Source: Macrostomum lignano
Taxonomy: Eukaryota
Reading direction: 5' to 3'
DNA: 29,013 nt
Assembly: GCA_002269645.1 (NCBI GenBank)
Contig: NIVC01003860.1
Span: 1-29,013, forward strand
The position numbers were made by a program, and so were the translations under genes. This document shows, piece by piece, positions 1 to 10,369 of the stretch. The notes beneath the pieces were generated by a model. That model did no database searches. It was not told the origin of the DNA and saw only the letters and a list, made by a program, of their open reading frames with translations. Position 1 is the first letter of the stretch. Every line of letters begins with the position of its first letter.

Positions 1-350
1 TAAACAATCATACAAGCGTCATGTAAACAAATCATAGAAGCGTCATGTAAAAAAATCATAGAAGCGTCATGTTAAAATCATAAAAGCGTCATAGAAAATC
101 ATAGAAGCGTCATGCAAGCAATCATAGAAGCGTAATGTAAACAATCATAGAAGCGTCATGTTAAAATCATACAAGCGTCATGTAAACAATCATACAAGCG
201 TCATGTAAACAATCATAGAAGCGTCATGTAAAAAAATCATAGAAGCGTCATGTTAAAATCATAGAAGCGTCATGTAAACAATCATAGAAGCGTCATGTAA
301 ACAATCATAGAAGCGTCATGTAAAAATCATAGAAGCGTCATGTAAAAACT
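1..350. repeat. Minisatellite, about 21-25 bp unit (AATCATAGAAGCGTCATGTAAAC), truncated by the window edge
   Basis: About 15 near-identical units are visible; they decay into degenerate copies up to about 470. Confidence 0.95.
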
Positions 351-544
351 AATGAAAGTGTGTCATTTAAAAATTAAGAAGCATCATGGAAGAATAAAGA
401 AGCGTAACGTAAAAATCAAAAGAAGCCATGTCAGACATGAAAGAAATGTCATATAAAAATTAAATGAAGCTATAGTACAGTGCTGTGCTGGGGAGAATTA
501 CTGAGACGTCAAGGCTCACAGAGAATAACTGAGATTACAGGGGG

Positions 545-1450
545 GTTTCTGAGATGTTAAAGCAAAAGTCAGAAGCTACTTCAAAGTACATGTACTTTAC
601 TTAAGTTTTTTATTGCATTCTTTGTTGGCTTGCCACGTGGGGGGGGGCGCTGATAGAAGAAGATCATGTAAAAATAAAAGGAGCACTATGTATACATAAA
701 ATAAAAGTCATGTCAAAGTTAAAAGATTCATTTGGGAATTGCTACGATGTCAAAGCTTGGAGGGAATCGTTATAGTGCTGTGATTCTTAAAGAAAGGAAT
801 CACTTAAATGCCAAGGCTTAGGGAAGAAATTGCTGTGATTTCAAGGCTTAGGTTGGGTAAAAGTTAGGTTTACGTCAGGTTTGGGTTGAGGGTTAGATTT
901 TAGCGCGTTTCAAGGTTAACAGGGGATTTTTTTAGATTTCAGGTTTATGGGGGGCATCGCTGACATGTCAAGGCTTACGAGGGGAATCTATCTATCTATC
1001 TATCTATAGCTGAGATGTCAAGGCTCACGGGGAATAAATGAGATGTCAAGGCTAATGTCAGAAGCTACATGTAGTTTATTGGAAAAAAGTTATTACATTA
1101 TTTGTTGGCTCCTCACGGGAGGGATCGCTGATAGAAAAGGCGTAATGTAAAAAAAAAGAAGCTTCATGTCGAAGTTAAGAGATTCATTTGGGAATCCCTA
1201 CGATGTCGAGGCTTGCAGGGAATCGCTTTAATGCTGTAGTAGTGCTATAGACTCTTAGAGAGAATTACTGAAATTTCAATGCTTTAGGGTTAGGGTTAGG
1301 GTTAGGGTTAGGGTTAGAAAATAGACAGATTTTTTAAGATTTCAAGGCTTGTGGGAGCATTGCTGAGATGTCAAGGGGGAGTTGATATGTTAAGGCTTGT
1401 GGGGGGATTGCTGACATGTCAAGGCTTACAAGGGTACTGGTAGCGTACTG
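545..1450. repeat. Diverged tandem duplication (period about 450-490 bp) rich in GCTGAGATGTCAAGGCT motifs
   Basis: Collinear anchors occur twice: GAAGCTAC, TTTGTTGGCT, CGCTGATAGA, GATTCATTTGGGAAT, CTACGATGTC, GGGAATCG, then GCATYGCTGASATGTCAAGG. Confidence 0.75.
1284..1317 (+). repeat. Interstitial telomeric repeat (TTAGGG)5 + TTAG
   Basis: Five perfect TTAGGG copies read directly from the sequence. Confidence 0.9.
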
Positions 1451-2104
1451 AAGCATACTGGTAGAAGTAGCTCTGAAAGAAGGCAAGTATGGTTGAATTT
1501 CAATGTCTGTTATAAAATTCTGCACAAACATGTTTTATTGGTACATAAGCCTGGAATTAAAATGAGAATTCGATTCCTAGCCCCCTCCCTAAGAAATTTT
1601 TTTCATTTAAAAGGATTCGTCCCTTGCTTATTGGCCACCCCGAAGGCCATTTTTTATCAAAAATGATAAAAATAATTTTTATCAAACACGTTGACATATA
1701 CAGGGCTCTAAACTAAAAACTGTAAAAAGTTGATAGTTTTGTTTTACCTAAAATGCGTTATTAACGATCTCCAAAAATTCCTATTTTAAGCTTAAGCTTA
1801 AGAAAAACACTTAAAGTACTCCTGCTAAAAGGTATATTATATTAGACGAATATTAATTATTTCTGCTCCCCGAAGGGGGGCAAAACTTTAGCTAGTAGAT
1901 GCTAATCTCTATACACACAGTGTACTATTAAAGTTGACGACGATCTTTAAACACAATGTACTATTAAATTTCAAGTCCATATATGTACTCAATATTTCAT
2001 TAAGCTGCTTGCCAATCCAATTAATTTATTTTTAAATACAAGCAACGACTTCAATTTAGCCCAGTCCACCTCGTCAGACAGCCAATCCACCACAGCAGAC
2101 ACAA

Positions 2105-2225
2105 ATCCACCCCAACAGACACTCAATCTAACCCAACAGACACCCAGTCCACCCCAGCAGACACCCAGTCCACCCCAACAGACACCCAGTCCACCCCAGC
2201 AGACACCCCATTCCACCCCAGTCCC
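2105..2225. repeat. 21-bp minisatellite (CCACCCCARCAGACACCCAGT) next to a pkd2 splice donor
   Basis: About 5-6 units; source of the spurious VCWGGLG ORF. Confidence 0.85.
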
Positions 2226-2232
2226 CACTCAC

Positions 2233-2366
2233 ATCTTGAGCTCGGCGCGCCACTCCTCAAAGTCCAGCTGGCGGTCATTGTTTACGTCAGCAGACTGCAT
2301 TGCCTTCTGAATGTCGATAATCTTGTCGCGCTTAATGTTGAGCTTGTCCATCACTTTCCCGGCGCG
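2233..2366 (-). CDS. pkd2: Polycystin-2 (TRPP) exon: start of the C-terminal tail with an EF-hand loop (RAGKVMDKLNIKRDKIIDIQKAMQSADVNNDRQLDFEEWRAELK)
   Basis: Acceptor TGTCAG|CGC and donor AT|GTGAGT; phase 0 matches the preceding exon; aligns with the TRPP post-S6 region. The next exon is not found in the window. Confidence 0.88.
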
Positions 2367-2640
2367 CTGACAAAACATGGCAAATTAAACAGTTAATTAT
2401 TCAGCACTGCACTGGCTAATAAATTATTCAGTAGGTAATTAGTGTCGCTTAATTTGCACCGATGGATTTCGATAAATAATTAATTAAGATGGAGTGAAAC
2501 TTGAGCATTACTTGCATTATTAATGATCATGAGTCATAGCAACCAAACAAAAAATGTCTGATAAGAAGAAAACACAATTTTCCACTATTATACTGCTTTA
2601 TACTACTTATTAAGATAAGTAGAACAATCAGTTAATATAC

Positions 2641-2964
2641 TAATTAGATGACGAAGAATTTAACTAATGATACAGGTATAGTTACTCCCTCTGTTGTTTA
2701 ACTCATTAAATAGTCACTAATTAGATGACGGGGAATGTAATTATCAAACTAAATACAGAGTTACTCCCGCCGTTTACCTGTTTGAAATGGTAGGATATCC
2801 TAATACAAGCCCCTAATCAGATGGCGAAGAATGTACCAATGGAAAAGGGGCATGGCTACTCTCGCTGTTTACCCTTGAATAAAAGATTTCTAAATTTTTG
2901 TTCTTAATTAGATGCCGAGGAATTAAACTCATAAAAACAAGACATAGCTACTCATGCCGTTTAC
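2641..2964. repeat. Degenerate 75-95 bp tandem repeat (TAATTAGATG...TACTC...GTTTAC), 4 units; the last unit contains the real exon donor
   Basis: TAATYAGATG anchors near 2641, 2718, 2814 and 2906, each followed by TACTC...GTTTA(C). Confidence 0.7.
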
Positions 2965-3852
2965 CTCTTTGAAATAGTCGGTCATTTCGAAGTCGTTCGG
3001 CTGATTAGCCAGGTCGCTCTTCACCTCGCTGTAGGTGTCGTTAATGATGGCCAAGAACATGTTGATCAGCACGAAGAACACGAAGAACACGTACAGCAGG
3101 AAGAAGATTGGCCCCAGGACGCGGTGGGCGTTCTCCAATTCGTGGAAATCGAAGTCGCCCAGAATGATGCGGAACAGCGTGAAGATGGCCTGCTGGAATT
3201 CGCGGAAGTCCTTCACCTGGGTGCCGAAGATCAGGTAGCCCAGCTGGGCGAAGGCGAAGAAGATGATGAAGAACATCACCGCGAAGCCGACCAGATCCTT
3301 GGCGCAGGCGCCCAGGGTGGAGCTGAGCTGGGTCATGGTCTTGTTGAAGCTGATGTACTTGAAGATCTTCACCCAGGCGAAGAACACGGTGATGGCGATG
3401 GCGTTGTTGAACTGCAGCTGCCAGTAGGACAGGAAATCGAAGTCGGGAAATTTCGACTCGTCTTTGAGCAGCTCGGTGAGCTTGTTGCCAACGGCGATGG
3501 TGCGGTAGACGTTGAACCCGGCGCACACCAGCGAGATGATGATGACCAGGATGTCCAGCCAGTTCCAGAAGCTCTTGAAGTAGCCCAGCTTGTGCCGCTT
3601 AATCTCGATGACCTCCTCAACAACGTAGTAGCAGATGAACAGCATGAAGATGATCTCGCAGATCAGCACAACGTAGTCCCGAGGCTCCACGTAGCGCAGC
3701 AGCTTGACCGTGCGGTACTCTGATGACGGAATGGCGCCCCCGGTGGCCGGGAACTCCATGACCAGCTTCACTACGCAGAACAGGTTGATGTTGGCATTGT
3801 ACACAGTGAAGTCCACGAAGGCTACCCGGGTGCCGCGATCGATCCACAGGCC
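2965..3852 (-). CDS. pkd2: Polycystin-2 (TRPP) exon: end of the TOP domain, S2-S6, pore and gate
   Basis: 888 nt, acceptor CACCAG|GGC and donor GAG|GTAAAC. Encodes [44 protein letters not shown], the filter [10 protein letters not shown] and the gate [15 protein letters not shown], all hallmark PKD2/PKD2L1 motifs. Confidence 0.97.
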
Positions 3853-3891
3853 CTGGTGTGTTTAAGAAATACAATATAGAGCTTTCTGCAG

Positions 3892-4326
<435 letters not shown>

Positions 4327-4421
4327 TCAAAAATCTAAGGGTGAAGCTATAGAGCCGCAATGGATCAAATTGATGCTTGTTGGACCAAATCAAATGCTGC
4401 TATTGCAGGCCCATGCCTCAC

Positions 4422-4817
4422 CTTGAACAGCTCCTCAATGATAGCGGCCGAGTCGTCACGGTTCCTAGTCAAGTCCACGTAGTAGCCGCCGCCATCGTAG
4501 CTGGCAATCTGGCCAGCGTAGCTGCGGCCGTCCAGCTCCTTCTCGGTGGTGTGGTTCCAAGCCGTGGAGTTCATATAGCCGAACGGGCTTTTCTCCTCAA
4601 CGCCGGGGCTGTACATGGCGTAGCAGGCTTTGATTTCGTTTTTAAAGTCGTCCGCAATGGAGCAGCTGTCATTGCGCACTTTTACCTGGCGCAGGCGGGG
4701 CACTCCGAGCAGTTTGTTCTCGTAGTAGACAAAATTCACCTCGCGAGAGTCGCTAAAGTTCAGGTTGTTGTACCAGTTGGTCACGTACAGGCCCTCCAGC
4801 AGCGGGCCCTTCACGAA
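4422..4817 (-). CDS. pkd2: Polycystin-2 (TRPP) exon: extracellular TOP/polycystin domain
   Basis: 396 nt, TTGCAG|TTC ... AAG|GTGAGG. Encodes YENKLLGVPRLRQVKVRNDSC and YDGGGYYVDL, the conserved TOP-domain motifs. Confidence 0.95.
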
Positions 4818-4843
4818 CTGCAAGCCAACGATAAGTGAGGGCG

Positions 4844-5196
4844 TTTCACAAGCTCGAAACTTTCACAGGCTTGAAGCTTTCACACAAACTCGAAGCTTCA
4901 CACAAGCTCAAAGCTTCACACAAACTAGAAGCTTCACACAAACTTGAAGCTTTCACACAAACTAGAAGCTTCACACAAGCTCGAAGCTTCATAAACTCGA
5001 AGCTTCACACAAGCTCGAAGCTTCACACAAACTAGAAGCTTCACACAAGCTGGAAGCTTGCACACAAACTAGAAGCGTCACACAAGCTGGTAGCTTCACA
5101 CAAACTAGAAGCTTCACACAAACTGGAAGCTTCACAAACTCGAAGCTTCACACAAACTAGAAGCTTCACACAAACTCGAAGCTTCACACAAGCTTG
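4844..5196. repeat. About 20-bp minisatellite (AAGCTTCACACAAACTMG-type)
   Basis: About 17 units filling the intron between exons 5213 and 4817. Confidence 0.93.
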
Positions 5197-5212
5197 AATA
5201 TTGCACACTTAC

Positions 5213-5343
5213 CCGCCACCAATCGGCGATGGTAGTCGCGGTGGAAAAGGTGGTCTGGGTCTCCGAGTTGGGAGCCTGGTCGAACTGGGCCTGCATCACG
5301 CTGGTGAAGTAGTACATGGTGGAGCTGGTCATGCCGAACGCCA
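5213..5343 (-). CDS. pkd2: Polycystin-2 (TRPP) exon: end of S1 and start of the TOP domain (AFGMTSSTMYYFTSVMQAQF...TIADWWR)
   Basis: 131 nt, CTTCAG|TG ... CGG|GTAAGT; matches the GMxSS..YY.T..M motif; phase fits either upstream S1 exon. Confidence 0.93.
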
Positions 5344-5440
5344 CTGAAGTTGTTGTTATTCAATATTTTGCTTATTGGTTCCATACTCCATTGGTGTCTC
5401 AGCCGGGATTCGAATCTTCGGGACCCAAGTGGGATCTTTG

Positions 5441-6283
5441 GGATTTTGATTGGGATCGTTTGGGACTCTAGTTGGGATTGGGATCTCTGGAATTCTAATT
5501 GGGATTGGGATCTCTGGAATTCTAACTGGGATTGGGATCTCTGTAATTCTAATTGGGATTGGGATCTCAAGTATTTCAATTGGGATTGGGATCTCTGGGA
5601 TTCTAATTGGGATTGGGATCTCTGGGATTCTAATTGGGATTGGGATCTCTGGGATTCTAATTAGGATTGGGATCTGTGGGATTCTAAATGGGATTGAGAT
5701 CTCTGAGTTCTAATTGGGATTGGGATCTCTGTGATTCTAATTGGGATTGGAATCTCTGAGATTGTAATTGGGATTGGGATCTCATGGATTCTAATTGGGA
5801 TTGGGATCTCTGTGATTCTAATTGGGATTGGAATCTCTGAGATTGTAATTGGGATTGGGATCTCTGGGATTCTAATTGGGATTGGGATCTCATGGATTCT
5901 AATTGGGATTGGGATCTCTGTGATTCTAATTGGGATTGGAATCTCTGAGATTGTAATTGGGATTGGGATCTCTGGGATTCTAATTGGGATTGGGATCTCA
6001 TGGATTCTAATTGGGATTGGGATCTCATGGATTCTAATTGGGATTGGAATCTCTGAGATTGTAATTGGGATTGGGATCTCTGGGATTCTAATTGGGATTG
6101 GGATCTCATGGATTCTAATTGGGATTGGGATCTCTGTGATTCTAATTGGGATTGGAATCTCTGAGATTGTAATTGGGATTGGGATCTCTGGGATTCTAAT
6201 TGGGATTGGGATCTCATGGATTCTAATTGGGATCTCTGGGATTCTAAATGGGATTGGGATCTCAGAGAGTTTCTAATTGGGAC
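5441..6283. repeat. 27-bp minisatellite (GATTCTAATTGGGATTGGGATCTCTGG) with a 108-bp higher-order repeat
   Basis: About 30 units; four variants recur in fixed order. Source of the SQSQLESQR and ILIGIGIS ORFs. Confidence 0.95.
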
Positions 6284-6416
6284 TAAGGTATTTAGAGGAA
6301 ACCACCTATCACGTGACACTGAGTAACCGAAAACAATGAAATCCCATACTTGAAAGTGGATCAATAAAACTGAGATAAAAAAAATGAACAAAAAAGTCTC
6401 GTGAAAAATCACTTAC

Positions 6417-6530
6417 AAACCATGAGAACAATGAGAAAGAACAAATAGACAATGAGCTCCCGGAGGGTGGTCTTGATGTACAGCTCCCTGTCCTCGCGAG
6501 TGTCCTCAGTCATGTTGGTTCGCCAGATTG
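6417..6530 (-). CDS. pkd2: Polycystin-2 (TRPP) exon 2a: pre-S1 helix and S1 ([37 protein letters not shown])
   Basis: 114 nt, phase 1-1, ATTTAG|CA ... T|GTAAGT; close to the PKD2L1-type [14 protein letters not shown] motif. Confidence 0.92.
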
Positions 6531-6694
6531 CTAAATTTGGTGAATAGTAGTGAAACTCCAGCTAATATTGTGATTTAATAAATTGCAGCAAAAAATGTGC
6601 AAAATTAAGAAAAAAATTAATACGTTACGGTGACTTCCAAAATTTAATTAATAAAAAATAGAGTTCTTTATTATAATACTTCACTATTGTTTAC

Positions 6695-6808
6695 ATATGG
6701 ACAGGATAGTCAGGTAGACGCAGTACAGAAGCAGCTCCCTCAGGGTGGTCTTAATTCGCAATTCGGTATCACCAGTCACGTCTACCGTGTCCTTGGTTAG
6801 CCACGCGG
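6695..6808 (-). CDS. pkd2: Polycystin-2 (TRPP) candidate alternative exon 2b, paralogous to exon 2a ([37 protein letters not shown])
   Basis: 114 nt, phase 1-1, no stop or indel, shares IKTTLREL; acceptor ACCAAG|CC with TACTAAC about 30 nt upstream, donor T|GTAAAC. An in-phase acceptor 27 nt further upstream (exon start 6835) is also possible. Confidence 0.78.
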
Positions 6809-6884
6809 CTTGGTTGGGATTTGCGGGAATTGCAGCTTTGTTAGTAATTCTGGTTGGACCCTGCCGTCCAATTTCCGGTTGTGT

Positions 6885-8135
6885 TGTGTTTATCCATCAA
6901 ATCTCACCCAATTTTCATGTGTTTATCTATCAAATCTCACCCAATGTTCATGTGTTTATTTATCAAATCTCACCCAATGTTCATGTGTTTATCCAACAAA
7001 TCTCACCCAATGTTCATGTGTTTATCCATCAAATCTCACCCAATGTTCATGTGTTTATCTATCAAATCTCACCTAATGTTCATGTGTTTATTTATCAAAT
7101 CTCACCCAATGTTCATGTGTTTATCTATCAAATCTCACCCAATGTTCATGTGTTTATTTATCAAATCTCACCCAATATTCATGTGTTTATCTATCAAATC
7201 TCACCCAATGTTCATGTGTTTATCTATCAAATCTCACCCAATGTTCATGTGTTTATTTATCAAATCTCACCCAATCTTCATGTGTTTATCTATCAAATCT
7301 CACCCAATCTTCATGTGTTTATCCATCAAATCTCACCCAATGTTCATGTGTTTATTTATCAAATCTCACCCAATCTTCATGTGTTTATCCATCAAATCTC
7401 ACCCAATATTCATGTGTTTATCCATCAAATCTCACCTAATGTTCATGTGTTTATTTATCAAATCTCACCCAATATTCATGTGTTTATCCATCAAATCTCA
7501 CCCAATCTTATTGTGTTTATCCATCAAATCTCACCCAATCTTATTGTGTTTATTCATCAAATCTCACCCAATCTTATTGTGTTTATCCATCAAATCTCAC
7601 CCAATCTTATTGTGTTTATCCATCAAATCTCGCCCAATCTTATTGTGTTTATCCATCAAATCTCACCCAATCTTATTGTGTTTATCCATCAAATCTCACC
7701 CAATCTTATTGTGTTTATCCATCAAATCTCGCCCAATCTTATTGTGTTTATCCATCAAATCTCACCCAATCTTATTGTGTTTATCCATCAAATCTCGCCC
7801 AATCTTATTGTGTTTATCCATCAAACTCGCCCAATCTTATTGTGTTTATCCATCAAATCTCACCCAATCTTATTGTGTTTATTCATCAAATCTCACCCAA
7901 TCTTAGATTTTTGCTAAAAATAAGAGAGGTATCTTATCTGTCAATCCTGATATATTGTGTTTATCCATCAAATCTCACCCAATCTTATTGTGTTTATTTA
8001 TGAAATCTCACCCAATCTTATTGTGTTTATCCATCAAACTCGCCCAATCTTATTGTGTTTATTCATCAAATCTCACCCAATCTTATTGTGTTTATTTATC
8101 AAATCTCACTCAATCTTATTGTGTTTATCCATCAA
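6885..8135. repeat. 33-bp minisatellite (CAAATCTCACCCAATGTTCATGTGTTTATCYAT) in pkd2 coding intron 1
   Basis: About 36 units, interrupted by about 50 bp of unrelated sequence near 7905-7955. Confidence 0.96.
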
Positions 8136-8177
8136 ACTCGCCACTCTCACATCGCTATCAAATCCCTCGCTGCTCAC

Positions 8178-8439
8178 CTCGCACGCCCCGCTTAAAGCGG
8201 AACCAGCATCCGTGGGCCTCCTCAACCTCCGGCTCCGTCTGACCGTCGGGATGCTCAAACGGATTATCGGACTGGCAGGCCTCGGGCTCCTGGTCCAGCA
8301 CAGTCGGATTGGCGACGTCAACATCGTCGCCGGCCGCTGACCAGGCCTGGCTGCCGCCGTGCAGCTGCTGCTGAGACGAAGACGGGCGGCCGGCGCCGCT
8401 GCGCGACCTGACGCCGGAGCTTTGCGGCCGAGACGACAT
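8178..8439 (-). CDS. pkd2: Polycystin-2 (TRPP) first coding exon (MSSRPQSSGVRSRS...AHGCWFRFKRGVR)
   Basis: ATG at 8439; donor G|GTGAGC, phase 1, joins exon 2 as RGVRAIW (compare RGLWGT in vertebrate TRPPs). An in-frame ATG at 8493 is an alternative start. Confidence 0.8.
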
Positions 8440-8509
8440 GTCGGTTTGGTGCACACTGCGGTCTGAACGGAAAAGTGCGGCGATGGGTTGCATGCGGATT
8501 CTGTCTGGT

Positions 8510-9471
8510 CTGGGGAGCGGATTCTTTGGATAAGGAGATTCGTTAGGAAAGCTGTGCTCTCGACAGTGGTGGGTTACGAAGAGGGCGATTCTTGGAAACG
8601 GCGACTACAGGAGGGAGATTCTTGGAAACGGTGACTCCAGGAGGGCGATTCTTGGAAACGGCGACTACAGGAGGGAGATTCTTGGAAACGGTGACTCCAG
8701 GAGGGCGATTCTTGGAAACGGCGACTACAGGAGGGCGATTCTTGGAAACGGTGACTACATAAGGGCGATTTTTGGGATCGGTGACTACAGGAGGGCGTTT
8801 TTTGGGATCGGTGACTACAGGAGGGCGATTCTTGGAAACGGTGACTACATAAGGGCGATTCTTGGGAACGGCGACTACAAGAGGGCGATTTTTGGGATCG
8901 GTGACTACAGGAGGGCGATTTTTTGGATCGGTGTCTACATAAGGGCGATTTTTGGGATCGGTGACTACATAAGGGCGATTTTTAGGATCGTTGTCTACAT
9001 AAGGGCGATTTTTGGGATCAGTGACTACAGGAGGGCAATTCTTGGGAACGGCGACTACAGGAGGGCGATTCTTGCAAACGGAGACAACAGGAGGGCGATT
9101 TTTGGGATCGGTGACTACAGGAGGGCGATTCTTGGAAACGGTGACTACATAAGGGCGATTCTTGGGAACGGCGACTACAAGAGGGCGATTTTTGGGATCG
9201 GTGACTACAGGAGGGCGATTCTTGGAAACGGCGATTACAGGAGGGCGATTCTTGGGATCGGTGTCTACATAAGGGCGATTCTTGGGATCGGTGACTACAA
9301 GAGGGCGATTCTTGGGATCGGTGACTACAAGAGGGCGATTCTTGGAAACGGCGACTACAGGAGGGCGATTCTTGAAAACGGCGACTACAGGAGGGCGATT
9401 CTCGAAAATGCAAAGGTGATTCTTACTGAATGACTTCATTAGCAACAAGAATTCAAACTAGATCTGCTTAC
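8510..9471 (-). other. Possible 5' UTR intron of pkd2 enclosing the 30-bp array
   Basis: Strong donor CAAG|GTAAGC at 9471, CTAAC branch-like motif at about 8543, candidate AG acceptors at 8524 and 8510. No transcript evidence. Confidence 0.4.
8581..9403. repeat. 30-bp minisatellite (GAGGGCGATTCTTGGAAACGGYGACTACAG) just upstream of the pkd2 start codon
   Basis: About 27 units; source of the KNRPPVV ORF. Confidence 0.96.
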
Positions 9472-10369
9472 CTTGGTAAAAAGCGTTAGAGCTCTCTTTA
9501 AACAGGCTGGCACTATGCAATCGATTGAGCAGGTCTCACGCCCCTAATCCAGCGCAAGCTCTCCCAACCAACTAACCCACGGCTCTTTAAAGGCTGGAAT
9601 GAATGCAAAACTGAAGCGACTGCAGCAGGGCAGGGAGGGCGGGGGTTGCGAATGGAGATGAGGAGGAACAGAATGGCAGCTCCGGCGACCGACCTCGCTC
9701 TCACTGTGGACAAATGGGAGAATATGCTCAAGCCCCCATAGCCTGCCATCCCCAAGTTCTATAGACCCGGAGGCCGGGTGTGGGACGAGTTTTTGAGCGG
9801 CTAGAAAACAGAAAGGCTGCATCGTGGGGTCCCGCATTGGTTGCCAATGGTAACGGAGAAACAAACAGCAAGAGCGGGGGAAGCAGCCTAGGAAACTGTG
9901 AGTTGGGACTGTTGAACGGGGAGAGCCAGAGAGGGAAGATGGCATGCAGGACGGGACAGGCCGCTTAAACAATGGGGTGGCAGCAGAGGCGAGGTGCTGC
10001 TGCTGCAGCAGCGGATGATGGGGAAGGGAGAAAAATCGATTTTTCTGGTTGGAGACAGAGAGAGACAGAATAGTCACAGAGGGAAGGATGGAGCGAGGGC
10101 CCCAGCAACGCAAGGCAGACAAGGCAGACCTCCCTTCCCACATATTCTCATAGTTTTTTCTCTGTCTCTCCGTGAGCTTCAGAGTCTTTTCAGGAATAAT
10201 ATTGGGCTGGTAGGCAAGACAACAGAGCTGCTATTCCGCCCCTAAGCCCAGCGCCTGCCTGCGGGTGCAGGACAGGCAGACATGGTAGGCAGGGCAAGAG
10301 CAGAAGAGAAAAATGAATAGAGAGATACAGTCTACAGAGGAAAATGCAGGGGGAGATTCGTGGGATTCG

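Noticed and set aside
1-2232. Further pkd2 exons (second EF-hand, coiled coil)
   Set aside because: No matching coding sequence found on the minus strand; presumed to lie beyond the left edge of the window.
2929-2964. [11 protein letters not shown] as the true C-terminus of the channel
   Set aside because: A GT donor after YFKE and an in-phase EF-hand exon at 2366-2233 show this is intron read-through.
9513-10245. ORFs of 62-199 aa in the GC-rich segment upstream of pkd2
   Set aside because: No recognisable family motif in any frame and no coherent exon structure; I could not assign the segment.
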